A DNA stretch of 64,000 nt from Anolis carolinensis (Eukaryota): NCBI RefSeq assembly GCF_035594765.1, contig NC_085843.1, forward strand, positions 254,177,971 through 254,241,970, given 5' to 3'. The notes beneath the pieces were generated by a model. It was not told the DNA's origin. It saw only the letters and a program-made list of their open reading frames with translations, and searched no databases. Below, one piece after another: positions 12,621 through 25,940 of this stretch (positions are counted from its first letter, which is position 1; every line of letters begins with the position of its first letter). The translations under genes were made by a program, and so were the position numbers.

Positions 12621-12732
12621 GTGACACACACTTATTTGATTTTTGGGCGGAATACTTTCAATCCAGTGGTTGAATCCACAGATATAGAATCTGTGTACAC
12701 AATGGGGCAATGGTACACTGCTACAAAGAGGG

Positions 12733-13032
12733 TATGTTACCATAAGGTAACATGTTATTTTCAAAAGTAGTATTAGTAGAAGCAATAGGTAACACCCATA
12801 GTTGTTACTTATTACTCTAAGAGGAGCACATAAATACCATCATATTTTTTATTGTTGCTTAATAATATCTTAAAATATTTACAAACAAAAAACATTATTT
12901 TAGACGTAAAAAGTAAATGTTATCTTTGATGTTTCTATTTTGGTTGTAACAAGTAAATATTACTTGTTACAACCAACATAGCAACATTAAAATTAATTAT
13001 GTCATTTCATAAAAATGATGTTACTATGCCCT
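12733..13032. mobile_element. Decayed DNA transposon with GTAAC/GTTAC subterminal repeats
   Basis: Imperfect inverted ends agggtatgttacc / tgttactatgccct and many GTAAC/GTTAC words. Confidence 0.35.
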
Positions 13033-13700
13033 TATTGTTGGGTGATGTGAAAGACAGTAAATGTAAACAGAATTTTCAAGAAGAATAGCCAGTACCCCAA
13101 TCTCGACAGAGTCTAGCAGAGTAATAAAATTATATGAAGTAAGTTTACTTATAAATACTAAATGCTTCATAGCATCTTGTGGTGAGAGGGTTCGTAAGTG
13201 TATTCTTCAAACATAGATGAGTGTGTGAGAGAGAATCTCACACTAACAAAATGGAAGATAAACCAATTTAGAATAATTAGAATAACTGAGGAAAGATAAG
13301 ATTGAATATGGCGGAGATCAAGAAACAGGAAATGACATTAATATATGGTTATGCCTAACTTCCATAGAGACAAAGAAGCTACCAGCTACTTACTATAGTC
13401 ATGCTAAGATTTCTACCTATACCTGCTGCTTGAAAAGCTGTATTGGAGGTAACACCATTCCTAGGAAGATCTAATTTACCAGTCCCTTTTGTTGATGGAT
13501 AAGCTGTGGGTGTTTCATTGTTGTGATCTTTCTAAACTAGTTTGCTATCTTCAAGTGGAGTGGAACGATAGACAGGTGACCCATGACCTGTCTACAGTTG
13601 TGAGATTTCACTAGGAATTTCTCTACCTGGAGTAATAGAATGGGTGCCAATAATCCTAATTCTCTGTCTTGGTTTTGTCTATGCCAGCATTGACAAGCAT

Positions 13701-14300
13701 TGTCATGGCCATCTTAGAAAGTGAGGATGAGGAATGGCTGGAAGGGTCAGTAGGGGAGATGAAAATCAGCAATTCCCAGCAGTCTTCCCAGCTTAGTTCA
13801 GTCACTGCTGAGGATGAGCATTCAGCAGTGATGGACACTCCCAAGCAGTCTGAACAAGCAAAGGAAATGAAGCAGAATCAGTCAGTAATGAGTTAAACAG
13901 ATCTCCATCTTTAGAATGCAGAAGGCAACATGCAGAGTCTTTCAGGTCTGCAAGATTAGCAGAGAAATGAGGTCTCAACAAGCAACAGTTGAGATTTTAG
14001 GATTAAGGGGCTCAATCTAAAGGCTTTCTGTGGCAATTAATATTATTCTCTGACTGAACCCAGATTCTTCTACTCCCATATGCTTGGCTATTTGGACCTT
14101 GGTTTATCCCAGGCCTGCTCCTGTAATTCTCCAACTTTGACTCCAGTAATTGAACTGAGACTATAGCTTTGGAATATCATAATCAGTTATTGTTTGGACT
14201 TTGTGCTTTGAGTTAGGAATGTTGACCTTGGCTTTGTTGCACAAACTTCCGGTGTTTATCTTGTGAACTGTGCCTGTGATAGTGCAGCACAATCATGATA
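13701..14300. mobile_element. Solo LTR (Gypsy-like), 600 bp
   Basis: Termini TGTCATG...CATGATA with a 5-bp TSD AGCAT/AGAAT. Confidence 0.7.
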
Positions 14301-14519
14301 AGAATAAGGAAAGAAATTAGGATCTTTCACTTCTGTTGGACCCTCCCACAAGCATTGACTTCAGAGGAGGTGGGCATGTTAATAGACAGTGATAAGAATA
14401 AAATGGATGCACTCAGAGTCACCAAGGGGATTTTCCCAATCTTTCACTTCCAAACCTGGAGATGGCTTGTCCTCTTTCAAGTCTGAGGTCATGTTTGGTT
14501 TTCCCAATTGCTTGGATGA

Positions 14520-15150
14520 AGTGTAAAGCTTGTATGAAGACCAGGAGTGCCTTAAAGCTTGTGTGCCAACTGCACCCGTATCTTGAGATGCCAGATTTGG
14601 CCATGGTAGTCCACGTCTTAATTAAATCCCAACTTGATTACTGCAATATGCTGGTCCAAAGATCAGTGGCCAGATTACTAACTGGAGCTCCATACAGGGA
14701 GAGAACCACTCTCATGTTATGAAAGTTCCACTGGCTACCAGTTTGTTTCCAGGCAAAATACAAAGTGCTGGTTATTACCTTTAAAGCCCTAAACGGTTTG
14801 AGCCCAGACTGGCCGCATCTCTGTATACAAGCCTGGCCGGGAGCTTAGTTTACTGATGAAGCCCACTTTCTGTTCCGCCCCCGTCTCAGGTATGGCTGGT
14901 GGGAACAAGAGAAAGGGCCTTCTCCACAGTCGCTCCCCACCTCTGGAACTCTTTCCCTAAGGAAATCAAAATGGTCCCCTCCTTGCCTGATTTTTAAAAA
15001 AATTAAAAACTTTCTTATGCTTGTAAGCATATAGCGAGGAGGACATATGAAGTATTCAGCATGAACAAAATGGTCTGGAACATGATAACGGCTACCATTC
15101 TGGTTTATATCCTTTAAATTTAAATGTTTTTTTAAATTTTTACTGAAATT
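14520..15150 (+). mobile_element. L2 ORF2 C-terminal fragment and 3' UTR
   Basis: LHPYLEMPDLAMVVHVLIKSQLDYCN...ARLLTGAPYRERTT...HWLPV...VLVITFKALNG, homologous to 53170-53608. Confidence 0.85.
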
Positions 15151-16893
15151 GTAAAACAATAAAAAGATGATGGCATTTTATATAAAATACCAGAAGCATT
15201 AAAAAACCCACAAATCGCCAGTTATAAAGGGAGCAAGGGAAAGGGGTGTGATAAAACACACCTTGAGAGTGTAAATATTTCCAGGCATTTTTAAACAGAT
15301 CAAGGAAAAATAAAAAAGCAAGCAAGGAAGCACAATTAGAACAAAATCACATGTTGCTGATTTTAGATGAACTCTCTGATGACTCCCATCAGGATAATTT
15401 ACTCCTTTGGCATTCTGATTAATTCTCTTTTATCCTTATCTTTCTTTACTTATTTTTGTTCCCTGGATGGCATCTTCAGTTCTGGTTTTCTATGGATGCC
15501 AAGACAGGGGGATGGTTTAGTATACACTGTATTTTAATACAATTTCTAATAAAAGAAATCTCATTATGCTTGTGGGAACTTATTATAGTTATCTCACTAT
15601 TGCTTGTCTGTGCGACGCATAATATCTGACACTGATATCTATTCATGTGGTCAGAAGAAATTAGTTTCAAAATATATTTTTTAGCAATAACACAGATTTT
15701 TTTTTAAATCTAATTGCATGGTAGAGAACTATGTTTTATTTATTGCCTTCAGATTTCCCTACTGAGCACATAGATCTAGAGCTGGAAGTAACATTACATT
15801 GGATGTAATATATTACCTTATGGGATAACAAGACAGAATCACATTCTGTTTGAAAAGTGACAAAATGACTGGTAACATGGTTATCTTTTTTTTTTTAAAG
15901 CAATGTTTACAGGAATACGGATTAGGTTTGGAGGAAGTGCATCACACAGCTTTCTGTTTGAATTGTTGGCATAATCTGTTTGATTCCTGCATTTTTCATG
16001 GGAGCTCAGGTTTTTGTTGTTGTTGAAGTATTGGAATTGTTTTATATTCTTTTATAGTTACTTTATTGATTGCATCCTAGTCTCAGATCAGTTAATGCAG
16101 AACATGTTAGAGAAAAATACATGCATGAAATGGTGAGGAGTTTGCTGATCTGTTTGTTCTGCTGGAGTAAGAGAACCTGAAGCTGTCAAAGCAATAGGTT
16201 GCTGTGTATTTATTTGCAGGCAATGGGTTAATTAATCAAGTCAAAATAATTAATGGGATATAATTACATTGAACAAAAAACCTAAGTTAGTTGAAAGAAA
16301 GTTCCATGTTTATGCAATTAATTGTAGTTTTGTGTAAATAGCTTTGTTACCATTAATAAATGGGCTAATCGTTTTATATTGTACTGCACTAAAGCCAATA
16401 CCATTTTTCAAACAGGCACGCTGAGAATTGTATCCTAATTATTTCTCTGTACAGAAGAAAATTACCTGTTTTCAACCTTGAATATTGTCTTAGAACTGTT
16501 CTGGTCAAGACAAAAATAAATAAATAAAGGATGTGGGATTTAGGAAGAGGCAGTGTGTAAAATCGATTTGTGCTTCCTTATTCCTGTAATTCATAAGATA
16601 GAAAATCTTGGGCAGAAGGAAAAACAGATTGTATTCTGTCCAGAAAAGGTTCACCAAAGTTACAAATGTTCACCAAAGTGCATTGATTAGCTTTTGAGTC
16701 CAGTTTCGCACAAAATGCACAACTTTGAAAAAATTAAGGGCACAATTCAGTCACAAAATTAACCTGTGGTGAGAGGCATGAACTACTGGACAAATTACAT
16801 TGACAATGGCAAAGAACATTTCACCAAATGCGATTGACTCTTGCTTTTGTTAATTAGTATGAGTTAAATTCTTAGATGATATAAAAGTTACAT

Positions 16894-17431
16894 CAGTGGT
16901 GGCGCAACGGGTTAAACCGCTGAGTTGCTGAACTTGCTGACAGAAGCTTGGTGGTTCGAATTCATGGGACAGGGTGAGCGCCCGCTGTTAGCCCCAGCTT
17001 TTGCCATCCTAGCAGTTTGAAAATTTGCAAAGGTGAGTAGATAAATAAATACCGCCTCAGTGGGAAAGTAAATGGTGCTTCATGCAGTAATGCCGACCAC
17101 ATGACCTAGGACAGTGGTTCTCAACCTGTGGGTCTTCAGGTGTTTTGGCCTACAATTCCCAGAAATCCCAGCCAGTTTACCAGCTGTTAGGATTTCTGGG
17201 AGTTGAAGGCAAAAACATCTGGCAACACACAGGTTGAGAACCACTGACCTAGGAGGTGTTTACGGACAACGTAGGCTCTTTGGCTTAGAAATGGAGACGA
17301 GCGTAACTCCTCAGAGCAGGAAGGAGAAACCTTTACCTTTACCTGTGTTTGCTGTTTCAAGGCATTGAAGCCTTGTGTCTGTGTTTGCTGGAATCTGCCC
17401 TGAGTCCCCTCGGGGAGATAGGGCAGAATAA

Positions 17432-17485
<54 letters not shown>
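16894..17485 (+). mobile_element. Sauria SINE with BovB-type (ACCTTT)n tail plus L2-type tail; contains a nested hAT MITE
   Basis: tRNA-like head (GTGGCGCAACGGGTTAAACC; GGTTCGAATTC), ACCTTTACCTTTACC at about 17329-17343, then gccctgagtcccctcggggagatagggc-(TAA)n. Confidence 0.85.
17112..17246. mobile_element. hAT MITE (Charlie/Buster-type)
   Basis: TIR CAGTGGTTCTCAACCTGTG with a perfect 8-bp TSD ACCTAGGA at 17104-17111 and 17247-17254. Confidence 0.92.
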
Positions 17486-17486
<1 letters not shown>

Positions 17487-18164
17487 TATAGAGAGGGAGG
17501 AGTTTGAGTTAAAATCCAACTGCAAAAAGGTGGTTGAAAGTCATCTTTTTTCTTTTTCTATTTTATGTTGTAGTTTTTGTTATATAGTTAGGTAGTTTAG
17601 ATTTTTTTGTAAATATGTGGCACATTTTATATTGCTTTTCTCTTCTATTCTACATTTATTTGGTAGTTTGAGGTATGCAATTTTTTTGCTATAGTTTGTT
17701 TTTGTTGTATGCTTATTTAATTTTTACTTTATGTAGATTTTATTCAATAAACATGATTGATCAAAGAAGGCAGTTCTTTAATATCCTGGCGACCTTAGAT
17801 CCCATATGCATCTCGGTGTATATAATTCTTCCTTTTTCTTCCCTTCCTTGCAATCATCCCTTCCTAATGCAGTTAGGTATGTTATGCCCAGAAGTTATAA
17901 ATTGACAACTTCTTTTCATCAGTGTCAGGTATCACTAGAACTAAAACATATTTTTCCTTAGGGTGAAGCAAGATCCTCTGAAGCAAATTGATTCATGTTT
18001 TTGGAAGAAACAAAATAAAAACACATTTCAGCGACTGATGCCTGGGTTCTTGTTTTCATTTTATACTTGAAATAGTTGCTGTAAAAGTACATTCAGTTAA
18101 TTAGACTTGGGAAAACAAGATTAAAACTTGATTATATTCTGTAGCTATTTCAATCATTCACAGT

Positions 18165-20536
18165 TTCATCAAGATGGCTTGACATTTATTCTTAGAGATT
18201 TCATATCTCTAACGTTATGAGTTTCATAAACTTTCTAATAATAAACGTTCCCCTTATGACTTCTTCATAATTATGCATCAAACAAGTTGAGACTGCATAC
18301 CTGAATTGAGGAAAAGAAGCAATTCATCACAAAGTTATCTTTGAGCGCATTGATTTCGATTGAACTGTTCCAGCGCTGGGTTGTTTCCCCAGATTGTGAC
18401 CTTTGTTATTAAAGAACTTCATGGAATATTTTGGGAATGCTGTGATTTAGTCTGTAATTTATCTGTAAAATACAGAATTCCATCCTGAACTAAGGAACAT
18501 AGATCATACACAGGAAAATGATGACATGAGAAATCTTTTATGAGCCTTCTTTTCCATGCGACCACTTATGCTCTTATTTAATTTAATTTTTTTGGTAATC
18601 AAATGGCAAACATCTTCTTGATGATGTACAAATATGAAAAGACAAAAAACCAAAACAAAACAAAACAAGTAAAATCTCAACCAAAGTGAATAAAGTTTGA
18701 ATAATTGTCAACATTTGTGTTTCAAGATGTATAACAGAGAATAAGAAGTTTATCATGGAGATAAGGCACCTACTTGGACACATGGTTGAAATATTCAGCT
18801 TGCATATGTCATCTTGTTGAAGTAGGTAGATAAGTACTGAACAATCATGTGCTAACACTGAATCAAAGGATGTCACAACTCCTCAGGGGTAGTTGTTATC
18901 ATTTTTTTACATGAGATTGCTATTGTAAGTTAATTATAATTGGAGAAACATGATACAACATCAAGAACTAAGCTATGCAACCCACTTGCACTGAAAAATA
19001 GTTAACATCAAAATGTACATAAATCTGGTGAATGAGGTATGGGTGGATAAGAAATCTGGCCATGCTCTTATATCATAGACTTTGTTTCAGAATTTTTTGA
19101 ATCTGTAGTTACTTTGTAGAACTACAATAAAGCCCTGTTAATGAATTGTAAAGACGTTCACCAAGGCACTGGCTATAGTGCTGCAATGAATATTGGTTGT
19201 TCCCTTTGTGTTGCAGTAGTTGTGATGTTCACTGGTTCTGGTTGTTGCTCTGGCACTGTCTAGCCAGTGTCTGGATGCACACATTGTCTATCCATGCCCG
19301 TAGCATATCAGTCACCCTATTGTGCAATAGATATAGCTGTCTGCAAATTGTAACATCACAACAGCTCCTGGGTGAATATGGACATTGTAAAACTACTCAA
19401 ACATGTTGTTTATACCAGGAAGACATTCAGTAGTTTTATCCACAACATTTTTAAACAAGTCCATGACAGTACTTTTCTATATCTCTCCTGTCTACATATT
19501 GTATTGTGAAATAAGCAAGCAGATATATAAAGTTCTTTGGAGCAGCATCATAAACATCACTATATGTGGATTTGAGCAAGGATGCTATTCATGATGGATG
19601 ATGATTCAGGTGACCTTTTCTCCATGCTACCTGAACAGTGCTCAGATGTCTATGACTATGTTATGGAATGATTTCAAACTCTTATTGTTTACAAAAATGT
19701 TTTTACACACATCATTTAAAGTACCAGCTCTCTTCTCACCCTGGATTTCAGAGATAAACATGGAGCATAGGGGAATCTGATAAAGGATTGCTTCTAGCTA
19801 ATACACAGTTTGCATTATGAATGTACTGCACAAGACACACAAAAACATGGAGTGGGGGCGGGGGGCGGGGGGAGAAGCCTAATTGCTGTCTATACTGGTG
19901 ATGATGTTCAATCATAATAATCTCAAAATCTCTATTATTGATCTGTAGCTAATATATCAATGCCTATTTTTATGTGCTGCATTATTAACCCTTTGCTGGC
20001 AAGCTGCCACTGACAAAGGCTTGGAAAGCTTTGCAACACCAATGAGAAAAGAAAATGCACCCAAAAGCCCTGTCAACTTTGCCCCATAAGAGGGTGTGAC
20101 AGCAAAAGAAGAACAATATTACAGTGTCTGTGATTTTTGGAGCATGTACAAGTTTGCTCAATTCCCATCCTTCCCTCTCTCTTGGAATTAATTAGAAGAA
20201 TAATATACAAAGGCCTTTGTGTGCATGTGAGATAGGAATGTGGATGATGAAGCGTGATCAGAGACCAGGAGTGCATATGTAATGTCCCAGAAGCAGAGAT
20301 ATGATGCCTTCGATTCCATTATTAAAAACTGCCACTGTCAGAAAAATTAAATGTAGTTGTAGTATATATATGGAATGGTAATACGTTCTCATTCCTTCAG
20401 GCTCCAGGGATAGATTCAGCAAGATTTTGCTTCTTTTCGTTTGATGCCCTTAATACATTTTCTCAGGCTTCTTGCTAACTCTGCATAATAAACATGGCTT
20501 TTCTCCGTGCTTGTGATATACATTTTTTTCTGGACT
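18165..20536 (-). other. SLC9A9: Candidate SLC9A9 3' UTR; candidate polyA signal AATAAA at 18190-18185
   Basis: TE-poor stretch after the stop codon. AATAAA on the minus strand is followed by T/GT-rich sequence. An ATTAAA near 18580 is an alternative, so the end point is uncertain. Confidence 0.35.
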
Positions 20537-20758
20537 TCAGGGTGAGGAAACCAACTGGGATTGGCTTGGAGCAGGTTCAGATTGCAGTTCATATCCTCCT
20601 AAGCCAAGGTCTCCTTCATAAACATTTTCTTTGCCTCCAGGATGGGGACAATCTGGTTTGCTTTGCGGAGGAATGGGTGAAAGATCCGAGGCTACATAAC
20701 TTAGAGTCAGTTCATCATTATTGACAATACAGTCGGTATCATCATCTTTCAGTTGCTC
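20537..20758 (-). CDS. SLC9A9: SLC9A9 (NHE9) terminal coding exon
   Basis: Minus strand reads cctag|GAG...TGA and translates EQLKDDDTDCIVNNDELTLSYVASDLSPIPPQSKPDCPHPGGKENVYEGDLGLGGYELQSEPAPSQSQLVSSP*. This matches the NHE9 C-terminus as I recall it (EQLKEDD..IVNQDEL...GKENIYEGDLGLGGYEL...QSQL). AG acceptor at 20760-20759, phase 0. Not listed in the ORF track. Confidence 0.95.
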   Translation of the reverse strand, partial: EQLKDDDTDCIVNNDELTLSYVASDLSPIPPQSKPDCPHPGGKENVYEGDLGLGGYELQSEPAPSQSQLVSSP

Positions 20759-22505
20759 CTAGGTATTATTTTATAAAAGAAAAAAGAAGAAAGAAAGTTA
20801 TTTATCAATGCCAAGAAAACATCACTGTGTAGTTTCATTGAAATCAAATTGGACTTGATTTCATTTGGATGCTTTATTGAATTCCTTTATATCAACTCTT
20901 GTCAGTTCACATTACTTTAGCAGAAAAGCAGTCTTTATGTATTGAGCTATGTATTCATGAGTAACATTTTAATATGGTTAAAACTGCAATTATGATCGAG
21001 CTACAAATAGCTCCAAACAAAACTTTAAGAAAAAAAGAGGTACCCACATCCAGAAACTTCTTGGCCATTCGGAAGTGACTTTGCTGATGATGGCCTAAGA
21101 GATGTTCATTTCAAGTAACCTTTTCTATTTAGGAGAGCATGTATTATGCATATTGGCACAATGGAACCTATGGCAGTTGGTGGCTTCCTTATAAGGCAGC
21201 TACTAGATCCACACACTTTAAGAGAACTGACCAAGGTGCTGTCTCCAAAATAAATTGAGCTTTTTGGATATGTTATTTCAAATTAATAATAACACCTGGA
21301 GGAGATTCATTGTCTCACTGACATGGAAGCCACCATATACGGAGTTCTGGATCCAAGGCATAATAGCTGGACAAATGTTTGTATCAGGAAGCAGATGATA
21401 ATGAAGTTGATTCACCAACCGAGTTAATGGACTTGTTTTAGTTGGGATTAACTAACAGGATTCTAGTCCAAGGCTAAAATTAGCGACATACACAAGTAAT
21501 ATGCTTGTATTTGTACTTTGTTTTGGTTATTATGGAGGTTGGTAATATTTTCCTCCCTCTGCACATCCAAAGCTTCCCTTGGTCTCCCCATTACACTTAA
21601 TAGTTCCCTCCATGTGACTGCTGTACTGTGTTGTTGGTTGAAAGTAGAGGGGACAGGAGGTGTGTTTGGCACAAACTGATGACATCATCTGCTGAGACCT
21701 CTTTAGGACTCCAATGGTTGTCTGTAGACAATGCTGCCAGTTTGTCTGGCTAGGGCCAGATGCCTGTCCACCTCCCCCCCCCTATTCTCTTTGGGAATTT
21801 TAATTTATTGTGTCAAATGCAAATTGAGAATACAGCTATAATGTATAAAAAAGCAACAAACAAAGGTTTAAAACTTGGCATGATACTAGATTTCCTTTGA
21901 CCAGAAGCTGGCCACTTCTAGTGCCTCAGGTATCGCTGTACGGATGTCATCCATTGTGCATGTGGTAGGGCTCAGACTGCATTGCAGAAAGGGGTCTGTG
22001 GTTTGCTCTTTTCCACACTTGCATGTCATGGGCTCCACTTTATAGCCCTATTTCATGTGGCAATGGAATGATTGGAGTGGTGTTCTATTACAGTACAATT
22101 TAACTTACGTTACATTTGATCATACGTATTAACTGCCTCACTTACTGCTAGGATGTTTGTGTTATGACCAACAATTTTATTAATGACCACCATTAATAAT
22201 ACTGTTTCACTTTTACATCCAGTTCACTCTGATGTAACCCCATCTCCACTATGTACATTGTGAAATACCTGAACCCGTATAGTTGATAAAATAGGTTGTA
22301 ATCAAGAAAAGCTCATGTTAGTATAAATCTGTTAGTCTCAAATCAAACATTAACTTTTGTTCTCTTGCTAAAGCACAGATTAACAGTGGAGCCCCCGGGC
22401 GGGGTGTGTGAGAGGATAAGCATATTAGGAGCCCAACTAGTGGTTAAATATATGTAGTCTTATGATTTGGGACCTATTCCCAGTCTTAGACATTTGTGTA
22501 CTTAC
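20759..22505 (-). other. SLC9A9: SLC9A9 last intron (GT-AG, U2-type)
   Basis: GTAAGT donor at 22505-22500 and AG at 20760-20759, lying between two in-frame exons. Confidence 0.9.
21797..22055 (-). mobile_element. Vingi LINE 3' end in SLC9A9 last intron
   Basis: Minus translation GYKVEPMTCKCGKEQTTDPFLQCSLSPTTCTMDD...VASFWSKEI (degenerate zinc finger), with a TGACACAATAAA tail. Confidence 0.75.
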
Positions 22506-22611
22506 CCCATATGCTCTAGGACTAGTTAGTAATCTGGCCACAGGATTACACCAGCTTGGTAAAGTTGCAGTAAGTGGCGGACCAGTATGGGTGAGAATGG
22601 GTTTCAAATAT
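22506..22611 (-). CDS. SLC9A9: SLC9A9 (NHE9) penultimate coding exon, 106 bp
   Basis: ttttacag|A TAT TTG AAA...GCA TAT GGG|gtaagt translates (K)[35 protein letters not shown], the NHE6/7/9 'YLKP.LTH.GPPLT.TLP' block. It splices in frame to the exon at 20758. Confidence 0.95.
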
Positions 22612-25041
22612 CTGTAAAATCTGTTAAGTACTATAAGGCACATCAATCACAGCATCTACTGTTGAAAGGAATTGGCACTTAAGATCAACAAAATTAAAAC
22701 AAGGACAATAGTGTATTAATCCATCTTCATGAATAACAATAGGCATATATTTCCACTGTATTGCAAAAAAAAATGCATTGCCTGTAAATATGATTAATTA
22801 ATACCGTTAAAGAAACTTCTGTAATAACATCCACTGCTAATCTTTATCAGTGTGGTTTTCATAATTTGGACAATAGAAGTTTCTTCAAAGATATTCTCTC
22901 TTTGTTTAACATCATTATTAAAGCAAAACATAGTATGAAAATCGAATGGGGGTCTGAGTTCGTTCCACTGCTGGATATGGTAATTGTGAGACTATATACG
23001 AGATTCATTTCATAGTAGTGGAAAAGTACACATATATTTAGATATGCAATAAATACTAGGACATTGTGGTCATAGGCAATAAATCAAAATACAACCAATT
23101 TAATTATTCCAAATGTAAAAGGCTCTAGTGGAAAAAGCTACTGCAGTTCCAATGCACATATTTTTCAGTTCACAAATCCCCTGACTAACATGTATTTGTA
23201 TATGTTTTAGAAATATGCACCTAATTTTTTCCATTTAAAATTTTGCTTTTCCATCTCCCTGAAGCTTAGTTGCCTTGGCCAAAAGCCAGGACTTTTTGGA
23301 GCTGAAGTCCCAAACATCCACAGAAACAAAGTTTGGAAGTTGTTGATTTAAAAGATATGTCCATGATCTCAAATGCATTTGGCACATTTTATTTTAGGCA
23401 TGGCAAAGCCAGAAGTAGATATCCAAACACAAAGTGTCTTTGAATCTGTACTTGTTTCCAGGAAAAGCAGATCAAAATAATTTTTTTGACAAAATCTGTC
23501 TCCATAAGCATACTCAAAGAAGGCTATCTGGAGTCACCATTTTCTTCCTCCGTGTTTGGATCTACTTTCCAGCAGCCCTTGCAGTTTTCACAGTCATGTG
23601 TGTGGGTGTTTGTATAAGAAAGCTTCCCTACATTTGATGTTGTGATTGCAGTTTCTTTCCAGTCCTTCCAGGGAAGTTATAAATACTTCTCTGGAGCTCG
23701 CTTGGTCCATGTATTTTGTCATAGCTTTGGGCAAGAGCCAGTTTTTTTGTGGAAAGCAGGGTCTTTCAGACCTTGATTTTGGGGGAAAGGGTCCCCATAA
23801 CAGACTCACAGCTGCAGTGAAGCAGGAGCCAGGTCCATCTCAGGTGCCCAAATACTCTATCACCCTCCTCAATGGCAGGGAGCTAAACAGTGGCCATGTG
23901 CCCACATGGATTCCACTCTATCACTTTTCAGTTGTTTCCTGGAAGTTAGGCCAGTGGGTTGGCATATCGGATAGTGAATTTCCTAATTCCTGGACCTTCA
24001 TTCCAAATCAACACTGTAACAGCTGCAAACCAAAATGTGTTAGTGTGTACTTCCTTCTGACCAAGCCTGCTTCTTCCCACTTAGTCTACAAAGCCCCAAG
24101 AAGTGTAGATTTGTCACATATTGTTATTGGATGTACATCTGTCAGCACCTGAATACTCTATAGTTGTGATAAGTTCATGTATGGCTGAATGGGAAATTAC
24201 TATTAAATTGCCTTGTGTGTGAAGATGTGAGGAGCTGTGTATAGCTTATTTACATATGGAATGGCAAAGCTGAATGGAAAATGCTTTCCCGTGTTTATGG
24301 GTTCATTTGTAGGCAGCAAAAGTGGGACAGTAGTTCAGCAAGTTCTTGGCAGCTGGGGAACAGGACAAATTCTACAAAGCTGAGCAGTGCTGGCAGCAGC
24401 CTCTGGTTGTTGTTATTTTCCTCTTTGAAACAATTTAATTGCTTTCTTGCTGCAAGTGGTGACAGAGATGTATTCCATGGCCCAGTGGGCTACTTTGCCA
24501 GGTTCACCCACAATGCTTCAGTTGGAATGAAGATATGTCACCTCACAGCTTCAATCCAGAGGCATTGTTGGAAAAAAAGAGATGAGCTTCCTATTATGGA
24601 GGGAATAAGGCAGCCAGCTGGAGCACCAATTACTGCCCATCATCATATACAATTAAGGTTACCACTTACCACTGACATCTCTGCCTCAAATGAAAGAAAT
24701 ACTTTCTACCACTGTGAATGTATTCTTTTTCTCCCCACTGCATTTTTTTGCATTCTTCTTCTTTTTTGAATACAAAGCACTATTGCCAAAAGTTTACATT
24801 CAGCTTTGTTATAAGTCACTGTTTGATAGTAAAGCCATCAAGCAATAATACAAAATCTATGTGAATCAACCCTTGATTGCACTATGTAACACAATTTTTG
24901 TTCTTGGGTTATAAATGTCATTTCCTAATTGGTTCTATCATAAAAACGGTTATTTAAGAAAAGGTTATTTAAACTGCAAAAACTTTCTTTTTGTGGGGTA
25001 TCTTGCAGCACATTTTTCTATAGTTTTTCAATGAAAATCTC

Positions 25042-25375
25042 TAACAACATTCACATGGGGCCTTTTTAGTGTCCTAGGACACTTCCCACCAGCTAGCGAT
25101 GGATGGGCATGTGCCCATCATAAGATGTTGCTGGACTTCTGACAGAGGCCCTGCCCACAACTGGAGTGGAAGTGTCCCAGAAAGCTTCCCTCCAAACACA
25201 GGAGCCTGTCTGTGTTGTGCTGGCTCCCTGATCCACGTCGCTTCAGCGATGCTTCCCTTATGTGATGGGAGAAGTGTTGCAGCAACAAAGCAGTGTGCAG
25301 GGTGACAGAGTCACCCCACATCCCTGATGTTTTGCTATGGAAGCTGGCAAAATGGCACGGGGGCCATGATGAGTC
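25042..25375. mobile_element. GC-rich insert, PIF/Harbinger-like MITE (tentative)
   Basis: Absent from the uninterrupted Chapaev copy. Ends (cattcacatggggcc / ggggccatgatgagtc) resemble those at 44641, 51456 and 60839. Confidence 0.45.
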
Positions 25376-25441
25376 CATTGAGCCTCAACCAATTCAGCAT
25401 AGTTTGTGGCAGCCACAGAAATGAAGTTTGTGGAGTATAAC

Positions 25442-25940
25442 TGTTAAGGAAATCTCCAAATAGATTGTTTAAAAATATAAAACAGGATACCTTACTGAGC
25501 AGTTAGCTCACAGCAAGCTGAAGGTGTAGTGTTTTGGCTGTAAAAGAATTCTTGAGCTAAGGAGGCAAAGATGCAGAGTTCAATCCTTAAAGTTTCAAAA
25601 TGTTTATAAGAAATACACTTTTTGATAGAAAAGATTGGGTCTAAGCTTCTCTCAAACTCTATTACTTCTAAGTTCAAACAAAAGGGGGTAAAAAACTCTA
25701 AATACTACATTTTCTCAATCACACAAAGTAAAGAGAGGTCTGAATGAAAAGGTGGAAAAAGAAAAAGTGTAACTATGAGGTCTTAAAACAAAAATACATG
25801 CATCCTAAAGAAAGACCATTCTACACAGGATGAAAGGGGAGGGGGGAAGAGAGAGAGAGAGGGAGGGAGAGGGAGAGAGAGAGAGAGAGAGATCAAATAC
25901 ATCAAGGACATTCAGGAAGGGGAGGGGAGGGATTATCTCA
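25442..25940. mobile_element. About 500 bp TG...CA insert, possible solo LTR, containing (GA)n
   Basis: Interrupts the Chapaev3 copy, begins TGTTAAG and ends ATCTCA. TSD is not clean. Confidence 0.45.

Noticed and set aside
13669-13896. Acidic, Ser/Gln-rich ORF
   Set aside because: It lies almost entirely within the solo LTR at 13701-14300.
19851-19873. G-rich run as a G-quadruplex or promoter GC box
   Set aside because: It has only three long G-tracts, is not in a CpG island, and is C-rich on the transcribed strand.
23646-24769. Two ORFs of about 165 aa antisense within the intron
   Set aside because: No recognisable domain or splice support; consistent with chance.
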